DNA of 64,000 nucleotides from NCBI GenBank assembly GCA_963744995.1, contig CAVUWA010000001.1, positions 1-64,000 on the forward strand, written 5' to 3'. Shown here in pieces: positions 40,754-50,759 of the stretch. Position 1 is the first letter of the stretch. The number at the start of each line of letters is the position of its first letter. This stretch comes from Candidatus Eiseniibacteriota bacterium. GTDB taxonomy: Bacteria > Eisenbacteria > RBG-16-71-46. The notes beneath the pieces were generated by a model. The model worked only from the letters and a program-made list of their open reading frames with translations, was not told where the DNA came from and ran no database searches. The position numbers were made by a program, and so were the translations under genes.

Positions 40754-42154
40754 ATGAGCCGCGAGCACCTCGACACCCACGAAAAGTCCACCCAGATCAA
40801 CCGCGACGACTCCCGCTACGGGACGTTCGCCGAGATCGGCGCCGGCCAGGAGGTCGCGCGCTGGTTCTTTCGTGTCGGCGGCGCGGCCGGCACCGTGGCG
40901 AAGACGATGTCCGCCTACGACATGCAGGTGAGCGACGCGATCTACGGCGCGTCACAGCGCTACGTGAGCCGCAGCCGGCTGCAGACGATGCTCGAGTACG
41001 AGTTTCGCCTTCTGCTCGAACGGCTCGACCAGAAGCGCGGCCCGACGACCCGCTTCTTCGTCTTCGCCGACACCGTCGCCGCCACCAGCTTCTCACGCCA
41101 CGACGACGCCAACGGCTGGATCGGGATCCGCTTCCAGCACGTGCCGCGCGCCGAGCCGTCCGAGATCATCATCCACGTGCGCATGCTCGACCGCGAAAAC
41201 GTCCAGCAACAGGAGGCGCTCGGCATCATGGGCGTGAACCTGCTGTGGGGCGCCTGGGAGCTGGCCGACCGGCCCGTGGAGATGATCCTGTCGCTGCTCG
41301 ACGATCTCACGCGCGACCGCGTCGAGGTGGACATGATCAAGAGCAGCGGCCCGGCGTTCGAGGGCGTGGACAACCGGCTGCTGGCGCTCGAGCTGGTGCG
41401 TCACGGGCTCACCAACGCGGTCATGTTCCGCCCCGACGGTGAGGTCGTGCAGGCCTCCGAGGTCCTGCATCACAAGGCGGTGCTGGTCGAGCGCGGCAGC
41501 TTCCGCCCCGTCACCAGGGTGACGCACGACATGCTCGAGAAGGCGCTGGCGCAGTTCGACGACGGCGATGAAGGCGCGGCGGACGAGGTGATCGTGTTGA
41601 TGGAGATGACGCTGCGCAGTCTCACCGCCGAGGCCGGCATCGACACGCGCGATTTCCTCGAGCGCGTGGACCTGCTCGGCGCACTCGGGCGCCACGTGCT
41701 GATCTCCAACTACTTCGAGTACTTCCGGCTCGCGGCCTACCTCTACATGTACACACGCAGCCGGATCGGCATCGTGATGGGCGTCCCGAGCCTGCACGAG
41801 GTGTTCGAGGAGCGCTATTACACGAGCCTCGATGGCGGGATCCTCGAGTCGTTCGGGCGCATGTTCAAGAGCGACCTGAAGCTGTTCGTCTATCCGGCCC
41901 TGAACCCCGAGAGCGGCGCGCTGACAACCGTGGACAACTTCGAGGTCGCCCCGCACCTCTCCCACCTGTATGCACACCTCATCCAGAACGGTTACATCGT
42001 GCCGGTCCGGGATTTCGACCGCGAGAGCCTGTCGATTCAGTCGCGTGACGTGCTCGAGCGGCTGCGCACGGGCGACCCGACGTGGGAAACCATGGTGCCG
42101 CGACGGGTCGCGAAGCTGATCCGCGAGCGGAAGCTGTTCGGCTTCGCGGGCTGA
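40754..42154 (+). CDS. Conserved protein, nucleotidyltransferase-like (NadD/NadM-like fold); family often mislabelled TonB-dependent receptor
   Basis: YGTFAEIGAGQEVARWFFRVGGAAGTVAKTMSAYDM, ERGSFRPVT, WETMVP..V...I; no signal peptide or beta-barrel. Confidence 0.7.
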   Translation: MSREHLDTHEKSTQINRDDSRYGTFAEIGAGQEVARWFFRVGGAAGTVAKTMSAYDMQVSDAIYGASQRYVSRSRLQTMLEYEFRLLLERLDQKRGPTTRFFVFADTVAATSFSRHDDANGWIGIRFQHVPRAEPSEIIIHVRMLDRENVQQQEALGIMGVNLLWGAWELADRPVEMILSLLDDLTRDRVEVDMIKSSGPAFEGVDNRLLALELVRHGLTNAVMFRPDGEVVQASEVLHHKAVLVERGSFRPVTRVTHDMLEKALAQFDDGDEGAADEVIVLMEMTLRSLTAEAGIDTRDFLERVDLLGALGRHVLISNYFEYFRLAAYLYMYTRSRIGIVMGVPSLHEVFEERYYTSLDGGILESFGRMFKSDLKLFVYPALNPESGALTTVDNFEVAPHLSHLYAHLIQNGYIVPVRDFDRESLSIQSRDVLERLRTGDPTWETMVPRRVAKLIRERKLFGFAG

Positions 42155-42284
42155 GGCGGCGGCCGCGGGGAGCGCCGCGGCGGCGCCGGGCCCCGGCCGG
42201 GCCGGCGCCGGGCGTGGCAGCGCGGATTCGGGTATCCTTTTCGTGCACCGTACGCACCGCCACCCCATCTCTTGCACCGAGCGC

Positions 42285-44765
42285 ATGCGAACCCACTGGA
42301 TTTCACCCGCTCTCCTCACCGCCGCCCTCATCGCGGCGGCGCCCGCCGCGCGCGCGGCGTCGCAGGACGGCAACGTCGAGTGGAACGGCGTGAGCCACGT
42401 GGCCTGGCAGGATCGGCGGCCGGTCTGCCCGGTGAACGGCGAGGCGTTCCAGGTCCGTTTCCGCGCATATCACGACGATCTCACCGCGGCGCGCGTCCAC
42501 GTGGACGCCGGTGCGACGGTCCAGGTCGACGCCACCGTGATCGGGCAGCGCGGCCCCTACGACATCTGGATGGCGCTGGTGCCCATGACCGCGGCCACGA
42601 CCGAGACCTACTACGTCGAACTCACCGACGGCGGCGACACCGACTACCTGGGCCCGGCCGGCATGAGCGACGGCCCGCCGGCGGGCGGCTTCGCCATCGA
42701 CTTCGCGACGCTCACGCACGCGCCCTACGGCGCCACGCTGGTGAACGGCGGTGCGACGGTCTTCAAGGTATGGGCGCCGGGCGCGACGATCGCCTACGTG
42801 CGCGGCGCCTTCAACGGCTGGGGGCTCGGCAATCCGATGACGAAGGTGGGCGACGACTTCATCGCGAAGGTCAACGGCACGTTCGACCAGCAGGAGTACA
42901 AGTACTACTTCGACGGCAGTGTATGGAACAGCGATGCGCGTGGCCGCGCACTGAACCCGTCGAGCAGCGACAATTCGCGCATCATCGACCCGTTCCTCTA
43001 TCAGTGGGCGGTGCCCGACTTCCAGACGCCGCCGCTCGAGCAGATGGTGATCTACCAGCTGCACGTCGGCACGTACCCGGGCCGCAACGACCCGCTCGGC
43101 ACCCCGCCGTTCCCCGCCGACTACGTGGACGTCGCCGCCCGTGCCGGCCACCTCGCCGATCTCGGCATCAACGCGGTGATGCTGAACCCGGTGACCGAAT
43201 TCCCGGGCGACGAGTCCGCCGGCTACAACCCGCAGAGCCAGTGGGCGGTCGAGTCGGCCTATGGGGCGCCGGAGGGCATGCGGGCGATGGTGGACTCCCT
43301 GCACGCTCACGGCATCGCCGTGCTGCTCGACGTCGTGTGGAACCACTTCACCGTGAATTCCAACTTCATGTGGAACTACGACGGCACGCAGATCTACTTC
43401 GACACGCCGGAGATCGATACGCCGTGGGGCGCCCAGGCGGACTTCGACGTGCCCGAGGTGCGCGACTACTTCGTGGACAGCGCGGACTACTGGCTCGACG
43501 AATACCGCGTCGACGGATTCCGCATGGACGCCACGAGCTACATGAACATCGGCGCGCACGCAGCCTCCGGCTGGGCGCTCATGCAGCGGCTCAACGACGA
43601 GGTCGACCGGCGCTGGGCCGACAAGGTGACGATTGCCGAGCAGCTGCCGGACGATCCGGGCGTCACCGAGCCGACTTCGATCGGCGGCGCCGGCTTCGAC
43701 GCGCAGTACCACGACGCCTTCACGGACCGCCTGCGCGAGGCGGTCGTGGCCGCCGCGTTCGGCGACCCGAACATGGGCGCGATCCGCGACGCCATCAACG
43801 GCAGCGCGTACCTCAACGGGCGCTACGTCGTGAACTACGTGGAGCTGCACGACGAGGCCTGGCCGGCGAGCGGCGGGCAGCGGCTGGTGAAGACGATCGA
43901 CACGACCTACCCGTACGACGACGCCTACGCGCGCGGCCGCACCATGCTGGCGCAGGGCGTCACCCTGTTCGCGCCCGGCGTCCCCGCGATGCTGATGGGC
44001 GACGAATGGCTCGAGGACACCGATTTCGGCAGCAGCTCCGGCAACCGCATCGACTGGTCCAAGTTGACGACCTATGCGGACGTCTACCGGTACTATCGGG
44101 ACGCCATCCACCTGCGCACGTCCGCACCGGCGCTCTACGCGAACGCGAGCTGGACCGTGCATCACCTGAACGAGGCCGGCAACGTCATCGGCTGGCGCCG
44201 TTCCGACAACGACGGCCACCATTTCGTGATCCTCGCCAACTTCAGCAACGACGACTACTCGAGCTACCGGATCGGCGTCCCGGTCACGGGGAACTACGTC
44301 GAGGTCCTGAACAGCCAGTCGCCCGTTTACGGGAACGCCGGAACGACCAACCCCGGCCTGCTCGCGAGCGAGGCCGTCGGTGCCGACGGTTTCGGCCAGT
44401 CGATCACCCTCCATCTGTCGCCGATGGCGCTGATCGTCGTGCAGCTCGACACCGGGAACGTCGGCATCGCACCCGCCACCGGCGGCGGGCGCGTCGCGCT
44501 CGCGCCGGTGATGCCCACGCCCGCGCGCGGCGCCGCGACGTTCCGCTTCACGCTGCCGCGGAGGGGGCCCGTGCGCCTGGAGCTGATCGACGCGCGGGGG
44601 CGGCGCGTGGCGACGCTGATCGACGGCGAGCGCACGGCCGGAGCGCACGACGTGCGCTGGAACGGACTCGACCGGCACGGCGCCCCCGTGCCGCCCGGCG
44701 TGTATTTCGCGCGCCTCGAGGCGGGCGGAGCGGTCGCCACGCGGCGCTTCCCGCTGCTCCGCTAG
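42285..44765 (+). CDS. Secreted GH13 alpha-amylase family protein (CBM48, GlgB/TreZ-like) with FlgD-Ig C-terminal domain
   Basis: Signal peptide; FKVWAPGA, IYQLHVG, DVVWNH, DGFRMDAT, IAEQ, LHDE; C-terminal DARGRRVATL..WNG..GVYFARL. Confidence 0.9.
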   Translation: MRTHWISPALLTAALIAAAPAARAASQDGNVEWNGVSHVAWQDRRPVCPVNGEAFQVRFRAYHDDLTAARVHVDAGATVQVDATVIGQRGPYDIWMALVPMTAATTETYYVELTDGGDTDYLGPAGMSDGPPAGGFAIDFATLTHAPYGATLVNGGATVFKVWAPGATIAYVRGAFNGWGLGNPMTKVGDDFIAKVNGTFDQQEYKYYFDGSVWNSDARGRALNPSSSDNSRIIDPFLYQWAVPDFQTPPLEQMVIYQLHVGTYPGRNDPLGTPPFPADYVDVAARAGHLADLGINAVMLNPVTEFPGDESAGYNPQSQWAVESAYGAPEGMRAMVDSLHAHGIAVLLDVVWNHFTVNSNFMWNYDGTQIYFDTPEIDTPWGAQADFDVPEVRDYFVDSADYWLDEYRVDGFRMDATSYMNIGAHAASGWALMQRLNDEVDRRWADKVTIAEQLPDDPGVTEPTSIGGAGFDAQYHDAFTDRLREAVVAAAFGDPNMGAIRDAINGSAYLNGRYVVNYVELHDEAWPASGGQRLVKTIDTTYPYDDAYARGRTMLAQGVTLFAPGVPAMLMGDEWLEDTDFGSSSGNRIDWSKLTTYADVYRYYRDAIHLRTSAPALYANASWTVHHLNEAGNVIGWRRSDNDGHHFVILANFSNDDYSSYRIGVPVTGNYVEVLNSQSPVYGNAGTTNPGLLASEAVGADGFGQSITLHLSPMALIVVQLDTGNVGIAPATGGGRVALAPVMPTPARGAATFRFTLPRRGPVRLELIDARGRRVATLIDGERTAGAHDVRWNGLDRHGAPVPPGVYFARLEAGGAVATRRFPLLR

Positions 44766-45032
44766 GTTTCGTTCGAGGACCGCGGCGGATTCCTTCGCCG
44801 CCGGGCGTGAGGCACGCCCTTCAACTTCTCCGGCGTTCATGAGATTCTGACCCTTCGCGTGGATCTCGTCCGCGGCGGCGCCGCCGTGCGGAACCGCGGC
44901 GCGAGGGAGCATCGCGGTCGCCCGGCGGCCGCCCCCTCGACCGCATGATCGCCGAGTCGCCGCGGTCAGCCGCGCCCGCCTGCCCTGCCGCGCGGAACGG
45001 ACGCGCAGCGGCGCTGTGAAAGGAGGCTCTCC

Positions 45033-46283
45033 GTGCACACCCGACCGGAATCCGTGAGCCCCATGACGTTCGGGCGCGCGCCGGCGCGGCCGCTCGAGCG
45101 CGCCGCGGTGGCGCTGGTCTCCGCGGTGCTCGGCTGCGTGCGCGCCGGCCGGCTCGCGCTCGAGCTGCCCGACGGGCGCGTGCGCCGCTTCGGCGGCACG
45201 GCGCCCGGGCCCGGGGGTCGGATCCGCGTGCGTCGCTGGCGCTTCTTCACCCGGGTCGCCGTGTCCGGCGACCTCGGTTTCGGCGAGTCGTTCGTGGACG
45301 GCGACTGGGACACCCCCGACCTCACCGCGTTGATCCGCGTGCTGGCCATCAACCGCGATCGCTTCGCCGCGCGGGCGCGCTGGATGGGGTGGCCGGCGCG
45401 GTTCTGGAGCGCGCTCGTGCAGCAGCGACGCCGCAACACGCGCCGCGGCAGCCGGGCGAACATCCGTGCCCACTACGATCAGGGCAACGACTTCTTCCGC
45501 CTGTTCCTCGATCCGTCGATGACCTATTCGTGCGCCGTGTACGGCGAGCCGGGCGACACGCTCGAAGCGGCGCAACAGCGCAAACTCGACGCCATACTCA
45601 CGAAGGCGCGCGTCGGCCGTGATGATCACGTGCTCGAGATCGGCTCGGGCTGGGGCAGCTTCGCGCTCCACGCCGCGCGCACGACGGGCTGCCGGGTCAA
45701 GGGCATCACCCTGTCCCGCGAGCAGCTCGCCCTGTCGCGCGCGCGCGCGCAGGAGGCCGGGCTCGAGGATCGCGTCACGTTCGAGCTCCGTGACTACCGC
45801 GACGTGGCCGGGCGTTACGACGCGATCGTGTCGATCGAGATGATCGAAGCCGTCGGTCACGAATACCTCGGCGCGTTCTTCCACCGCTGCGACGAGCTGC
45901 TCGCCCCCGGCGGGCGCGTGGTGTTGCAGGCGATCACGATCGACGGCAGCCGCTACCGGGCGTACCGCGGCCGCGCCGACTGGATCCAGAAGCACATCTT
46001 CCCCGGCGGCCATCTGCCCTCGGTCGAAGCGCTGGTGCATGCGATGGAGCGGCACTCCAGGCTCGTCGTGCGCGATCTCGAGCGGATCGGCGAGCACTAC
46101 GCCACGACGCTGCACGAGTGGCGTGAGCGGCTGATCCGGCACCGCGACGAGGCCCTCGCGCTCGGCGCCTCCGCCGCGGGCATCCGCAAGTGGGCCTACT
46201 ACTTCAGCTACAGCGAAGCGGGCTTCCTCGAGCGCGACCTCGACGACGTGCAGATGGTGATGGCGCGCGCGGGCGAGGGCTGA
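45033..46283 (+). CDS. cfa: Cyclopropane-fatty-acyl-phospholipid synthase / lipid methyltransferase
   Basis: LGFGESFVDGDW, NIRAHYDQGNDFF, MTYSCA, LEIGSGWG, SIEMIEAVG, IFPGG.LP; AAAGGAGG RBS. Confidence 0.9.
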   Translation: MHTRPESVSPMTFGRAPARPLERAAVALVSAVLGCVRAGRLALELPDGRVRRFGGTAPGPGGRIRVRRWRFFTRVAVSGDLGFGESFVDGDWDTPDLTALIRVLAINRDRFAARARWMGWPARFWSALVQQRRRNTRRGSRANIRAHYDQGNDFFRLFLDPSMTYSCAVYGEPGDTLEAAQQRKLDAILTKARVGRDDHVLEIGSGWGSFALHAARTTGCRVKGITLSREQLALSRARAQEAGLEDRVTFELRDYRDVAGRYDAIVSIEMIEAVGHEYLGAFFHRCDELLAPGGRVVLQAITIDGSRYRAYRGRADWIQKHIFPGGHLPSVEALVHAMERHSRLVVRDLERIGEHYATTLHEWRERLIRHRDEALALGASAAGIRKWAYYFSYSEAGFLERDLDDVQMVMARAGEG

Positions 46284-46449
46284 GCGCGCGCTCCACGGAG
46301 GGAGCGGCCCGCGAGCGCACGCCCGGGGCTGCCCCGGGCCGCCATGCCGATTCCGCCAAACCTGTTATGGTTCCGGGAGGTACGTCACGACCCCCGGATG
46401 GCGTTCCCCGTCCGGTCGAATCGCAACGCTCGAGACAAGGAGATCCGGC

Positions 46450-47421
46450 TTGTCCTTCAACTTCGACGCGGACCTGCTCGCCCGGTTCGAGGTCCTGGCC
46501 GACCTCGAGGACACGGTCGGCGAGTTCATGGCCGATCACGAGTCGAAGCGCGAGCTGTGGATGCCCAGCGATCTGTTCCTCGAGGAGGAAACCAACACGC
46601 CCGACGCCGCGGAGCGGACGCTGCGCGACCGGGCCCGCGGGCTTCCCGACGCCTCGCGCATCGCGATCGCGTTGAACGTACTCACCGAGGAGGGCCTGCC
46701 GCACTTCCACCGTCTGCTTGCGGTGTATTTCGGCGACCACACCTTCTGGCGCAAGTGGAACAACCTGTGGACCGCCGAGGAGGATCGCCACGGTATCGTC
46801 CTGCATGACTACTGTCGCAGTTCGCGGATCCTCGATCAGCGCGTGCTGGAGACCATGCAGTTCGAATACCTGCGCGCCGGCTTCCACCCGGTGTGGGATC
46901 GCGATCCCTACCGCGTGTTCGTCTACACGTCGCTTCAGGAGCGGGCCACCCAGTTCTCGCACGCCAACACCGGCAGGATCGCCGGCACCTACGAGCCCAA
47001 GATCGGCTACATCCTGTCGCGCGTCGCCGGCGACGAGGCCCGCCACTACGCGTTCTACCGGAAGGTGTTCGCCGAGGTGCTCGAGCGCGACCCGAACCGG
47101 GCGCTGGCCTCGGCCGCCCTGGTGATGCCGAGCATCGACATGCCCGGCGTCTCGATGCCGCACTTCCGCGACCTCGCCGACGTCGTGCGCCGCGCCGGCA
47201 TCTACGGGCCGCGCGAGTACCTGAAGATCGTCGAGGAGCTGATCCGTTTCTGGAAGATCGAAACCCTCACCGGGCTCGACGCACTCGGGCGCGAGGCGCA
47301 GGCGAAGATCCTCGACATCCCGCGCCGTCTGACGCGGATCGCCGACCACATGGAGTCCCGCACCCGGGCGAAGACGTTCAGCTTCGACCTGGTGTTCCAT
47401 CGCGAATTCGCGATGGACTGA
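46450..47421 (+). CDS. Soluble acyl-ACP desaturase (ferritin-like diiron, DesA-type)
   Basis: TEEGLP, WTAEEDRHG, QERAT..SH.NTG, DEARH; TTG start after AAGGAG. Confidence 0.9.
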   Translation: MSFNFDADLLARFEVLADLEDTVGEFMADHESKRELWMPSDLFLEEETNTPDAAERTLRDRARGLPDASRIAIALNVLTEEGLPHFHRLLAVYFGDHTFWRKWNNLWTAEEDRHGIVLHDYCRSSRILDQRVLETMQFEYLRAGFHPVWDRDPYRVFVYTSLQERATQFSHANTGRIAGTYEPKIGYILSRVAGDEARHYAFYRKVFAEVLERDPNRALASAALVMPSIDMPGVSMPHFRDLADVVRRAGIYGPREYLKIVEELIRFWKIETLTGLDALGREAQAKILDIPRRLTRIADHMESRTRAKTFSFDLVFHREFAMD

Positions 47422-47434
47422 CCCCCGCCCCCGC

Positions 47435-48679
47435 ATGCAGCCGCATCGCGTCGTCGTCACGGGAATGGGCGTTTGCGCCGCCAACGGAACGGGCGTTCCC
47501 GCCTTCTGGGACGGCATCCGCGCGGGCCGTTCGGGGATCGGACCGATCACGGCGTTCGACGCCACCGGGCTGTGCAGCCGCATCGCCGGCCAGGTGGACG
47601 ACCTGGACGCGGAGTCGAAGCTCGGCGCGAAGATCCGCAAGCGCACGGCGCGCTTCGCACAGCTCGCGCTCGTGGCCGCACAGGAAGCCATCGTGCATGC
47701 GGCGTGGCCCGCGGATTTCGACCGCGAGAACGTGGCGGTCGTCGTCGGCTCGGGCATCGGCGGGTTCGATCACCTGGAACGCGAGCATCAGGCCTTCGTC
47801 GAGAAGGGCATCGGCCGCTTCCACCCGCTCACGGTGCCGATGATCATCCCCAACATGGCCGCCGGTGCGATCGCGATGGACACCGGCTGCAAGGGCCCCA
47901 ACTTCTGCCCGGTCACCGCCTGCGCCAGCGGCGCGCACGCGATCGGCAGTGCGCTCGACCTGCTGCGCTGGGGCCGCGCCGAGGTCGCCGTGGCCGGCTC
48001 GGCCGAGTGCACGATCTCGCCGTGGGCGGTGGACGGCTACTGCCTGCTGCGCGCGCTGTCGACGCGCAACGACTCCCCCGCGACCGCCTCGCGGCCCTTC
48101 AGCGCGAGCCGTGACGGTTTCGTGATCGCCGAAGGCGCCGGTGTCGTGGTGCTGGAAACGCTCGAACACGCGCGCGCGCGCGGGGCCGCGATTCTCGCCG
48201 AGGTCGCGGGCTTCGGCATGTCGTCGGACGGCCACCACATCACGGCGCCGGACCCCACCGGCCGCGGCGCCGTGCGCGCGATGCGGGCCGCGCTCGACGA
48301 CGCGGGGGTCCCCCCGGAGGCGGTGCAGCTGATCAACGCGCACGGCACCTCCACGCCGCTCAACGACGTCACCGAGACGCGCGCGATCAAGGAGGTGTTC
48401 GGCGACCATGCGCGCCGGCTCGCCGTGCACTCGACCAAGTCCATGATCGGTCACAGCCTGGGCGGCGCCGCGGGAATCGAGGCGGTGGTCTGCGTGCTCA
48501 CGCTCCTCCACCAGCTCATCCATCCGACGATCAACCTCGAGGACCCCGACCCCGATTGCGACCTCGACTACGTACCGGGCGCGGCGCGCGCGGCGCAGGT
48601 GGAGGTCGTGATGTCGAATGCGTTCGGCTTCGGCGGTCACAACGGCGTGCTGGTCTTCAGGAAAGCGCCGGAATCGTAG
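47435..48679 (+). CDS. fabF: Beta-ketoacyl-ACP synthase II
   Basis: RVVVTGMG, TACASG (Cys), NAHGTST, KSMIGH, SNAFGFGGHN. Confidence 0.95.
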   Translation: MQPHRVVVTGMGVCAANGTGVPAFWDGIRAGRSGIGPITAFDATGLCSRIAGQVDDLDAESKLGAKIRKRTARFAQLALVAAQEAIVHAAWPADFDRENVAVVVGSGIGGFDHLEREHQAFVEKGIGRFHPLTVPMIIPNMAAGAIAMDTGCKGPNFCPVTACASGAHAIGSALDLLRWGRAEVAVAGSAECTISPWAVDGYCLLRALSTRNDSPATASRPFSASRDGFVIAEGAGVVVLETLEHARARGAAILAEVAGFGMSSDGHHITAPDPTGRGAVRAMRAALDDAGVPPEAVQLINAHGTSTPLNDVTETRAIKEVFGDHARRLAVHSTKSMIGHSLGGAAGIEAVVCVLTLLHQLIHPTINLEDPDPDCDLDYVPGAARAAQVEVVMSNAFGFGGHNGVLVFRKAPES

Positions 48680-48784
48680 CCGGCGCATCCGGTTTTGCCC
48701 GTCGCGCGGGCGGACCGCGCATCCAAGGAAGCGACATGCAGCCGGCGAGGGGCCGCCGGGCCGCGTCAAAGGAGGACCTCGCCC

Positions 48785-49219
48785 ATGAACTGGAACTGGT
48801 TGCTGGTGATCGGCGGTGCCGTGCTGATCCTGATCGAAGTCGGTCTCGGTGGATTCGCCGGCTTCGACATGGTGCTGATCGGCTCGGCGTTCGTGATCGG
48901 CGGCGGCGCCGGGATGGCGCTCGGCAGCGCCATCGCGGGCTACATCGTCTCCGCCGTGCTGTGCGTGCTCTACATCCTGATCGGCCGCAACTGGGTGCGC
49001 CACCGGCTGCACGTGCAGGAGGCGCCGTCCAACGCGGACGCCCTGATCGGCCGGCACGGAATGGTGCTGCAACGGGTCGGCCGCCATGCGGCGGGCCAGG
49101 TGAAGATCGACGGCGAGATCTGGCGGGCCCGGCCGGCCGTCGGCGCCGGCGAGACGATCGAAACCGGAACGGAAGTGACCGTGACCGCCGTGGACGGCGT
49201 GACCGTGGAGGTGAAGTGA
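48785..49219 (+). CDS. NfeD-like family protein
   Basis: 3 TM helices plus OB domain (LIGRHG, GQVKIDGEIWRAR); AAAGGAGG RBS. Confidence 0.88.
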   Translation: MNWNWLLVIGGAVLILIEVGLGGFAGFDMVLIGSAFVIGGGAGMALGSAIAGYIVSAVLCVLYILIGRNWVRHRLHVQEAPSNADALIGRHGMVLQRVGRHAAGQVKIDGEIWRARPAVGAGETIETGTEVTVTAVDGVTVEVK

Positions 49220-50094
49220 TGCTGGCGAACTTCTTGACGTTTCTGGTCGTCGTCGTCCTGTTCATCGCGCTGGTCGCGCTGGCACGTTCGGCGCGCATCG
49301 TCTCGCAGTTCGAGAAGGGCGTGATCCTCAGGCTCGGCAAGTTCCGCGGGCTCGCGGATTCGGGACTCACGTTTCTGGTTCCGGTGATCGAGGACATGAT
49401 CAAGGTGGACATGCGCGAGCGGGTCATCAACGTGGAACCGCAGCGGGTGATCACCAAGGACAACGTGGGCGTGACCGTGGACGCGGTGATCTACTACCGC
49501 ATTTCCGACCCGGTGAAGGCCACTTTCGAGGTGCAGAACTTCGCGTACGCCGCGACTACCCTGGCGCAGACGAACCTGCGCAACCTGATCGGCGACAAAC
49601 AGCTCGACGAGACGCTCACCGCGCGCGACGCGATCAACACCAACCTGCGCGCCGTGCTCGACGAAGCCACCAATCCGTGGGGCGTCAAGATCACCCGCGT
49701 CGAGGTGCAGAAGATCGATCCACCGGCCGACATCACCGAGGCCATGTCACGACAGATGAAGGCCGAGCGCGACAAGCGTGCCAACATCCTCGAGTCCGAG
49801 GGCGTCAAGCAGTCTGCGATCCTCGAGGCCGAGGGCGCGCGGGCGGCCGAGATCCTCAAGGCCGAAGGCGACGCGCAGGCGCGGGTCCTGCGTGCGAACG
49901 CGGAAGCGGAGGCGATCGAGGCGATCTCGACCGCGGCGGAGAAATTCTTCCAGGAGCGCGCCGAGGTCAGCAAGCGGCTCGACGTGCTGCGCGACGTGCT
50001 CCAGCAGCAGACCAAATTCATCGTCCCGGCCGGTTCGGACCTCGTCAACGTGCTCGGCCTCGACGACAGGAACGTGGTACCGCTCAAGCGCTAG
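49219..50094 (+). CDS. SPFH/stomatin (band 7) protein
   Basis: RLGKF, VDMRE, QRVITKDNV, WGVKITRVE, QMKAERDKRA; TGATG overlap with nfeD. Confidence 0.93.
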   Translation: MLANFLTFLVVVVLFIALVALARSARIVSQFEKGVILRLGKFRGLADSGLTFLVPVIEDMIKVDMRERVINVEPQRVITKDNVGVTVDAVIYYRISDPVKATFEVQNFAYAATTLAQTNLRNLIGDKQLDETLTARDAINTNLRAVLDEATNPWGVKITRVEVQKIDPPADITEAMSRQMKAERDKRANILESEGVKQSAILEAEGARAAEILKAEGDAQARVLRANAEAEAIEAISTAAEKFFQERAEVSKRLDVLRDVLQQQTKFIVPAGSDLVNVLGLDDRNVVPLKR

Positions 50095-50172
50095 CCCGGC
50101 CGGCTCGTGAAACGGACCGGAATGGCGACGCACACCGGCTCCCCACCGACGCTCGAAGACGGAGGACTTTCC

Positions 50173-50529
50173 ATGACCCCAGGCATTCGCAGGCGGCGCA
50201 TCGGGTTCGGCGCGCTGCTCGCGCTCGGCCTCGTCGCCGGCTGCACGTCCGGCGTGACGCCGATCAAGACCCTGCTCGACGACCCGGGCCGCTTCGACCA
50301 TCAGAAGGTGCGGGTGGCCGGCACCGTCGAGAGTGCGATCAGCGTGCTCGGCTACGGCGTCTACCGGGTGAACGACGGCACCGGCGTGCTGACCGTGGCC
50401 ACGAAGACCGGCGGTGCGCCGCGGGAGGGCGCAAAAGTGGGGGTCGAGGGGGAATTCCGCTCGGCCATGACGCTCGGCACGGAGACCGTCGCGGCGCTGA
50501 TCGAGTCGAACCGCACGGCCGCGCCGTGA
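50173..50529 (+). CDS. Small OB-fold lipoprotein
   Basis: LVAGC lipobox; I..LL.DP..F....V.V.G.V, Y.VNDGTG, V.VEG; GGAGG RBS. Confidence 0.75.
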   Translation: MTPGIRRRRIGFGALLALGLVAGCTSGVTPIKTLLDDPGRFDHQKVRVAGTVESAISVLGYGVYRVNDGTGVLTVATKTGGAPREGAKVGVEGEFRSAMTLGTETVAALIESNRTAAP

Positions 50530-50759
50530 GCCGGGCGCGCTGAAAGGCCGCGCCCGGGGCCCTTCGGCAGGCCCGGACCCCGCGCCCCGGGCCTGCCGCG
50601 CGGCGCGGACCGGGCCGGGCCGGAGGGCGGCCCGCACGGCCACGCAAAAGCCCGGCGGCCACATCGGCACGCCGGGCATTATCGCGAGCGCCGGAAGTCT
50701 AACCGGGCGCGAGCGGTTGCGGCAAATGCCGGCGCCCCGGAACCGCCGCGTGGAGGCGC

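Noticed and set aside
42303..46142. Very long antisense ORFs (this 1279-aa one; also 7483..10068, 17826..20378, 22743..25355, 37687..40530)
   Set aside because: They are shadows of well-supported genes on the opposite strand; stops are rare at this GC content and the translations show no motifs.
48785..50094. nfeD-SPFH gene pair
   Set aside because: Well-known conserved operon; nothing unusual.
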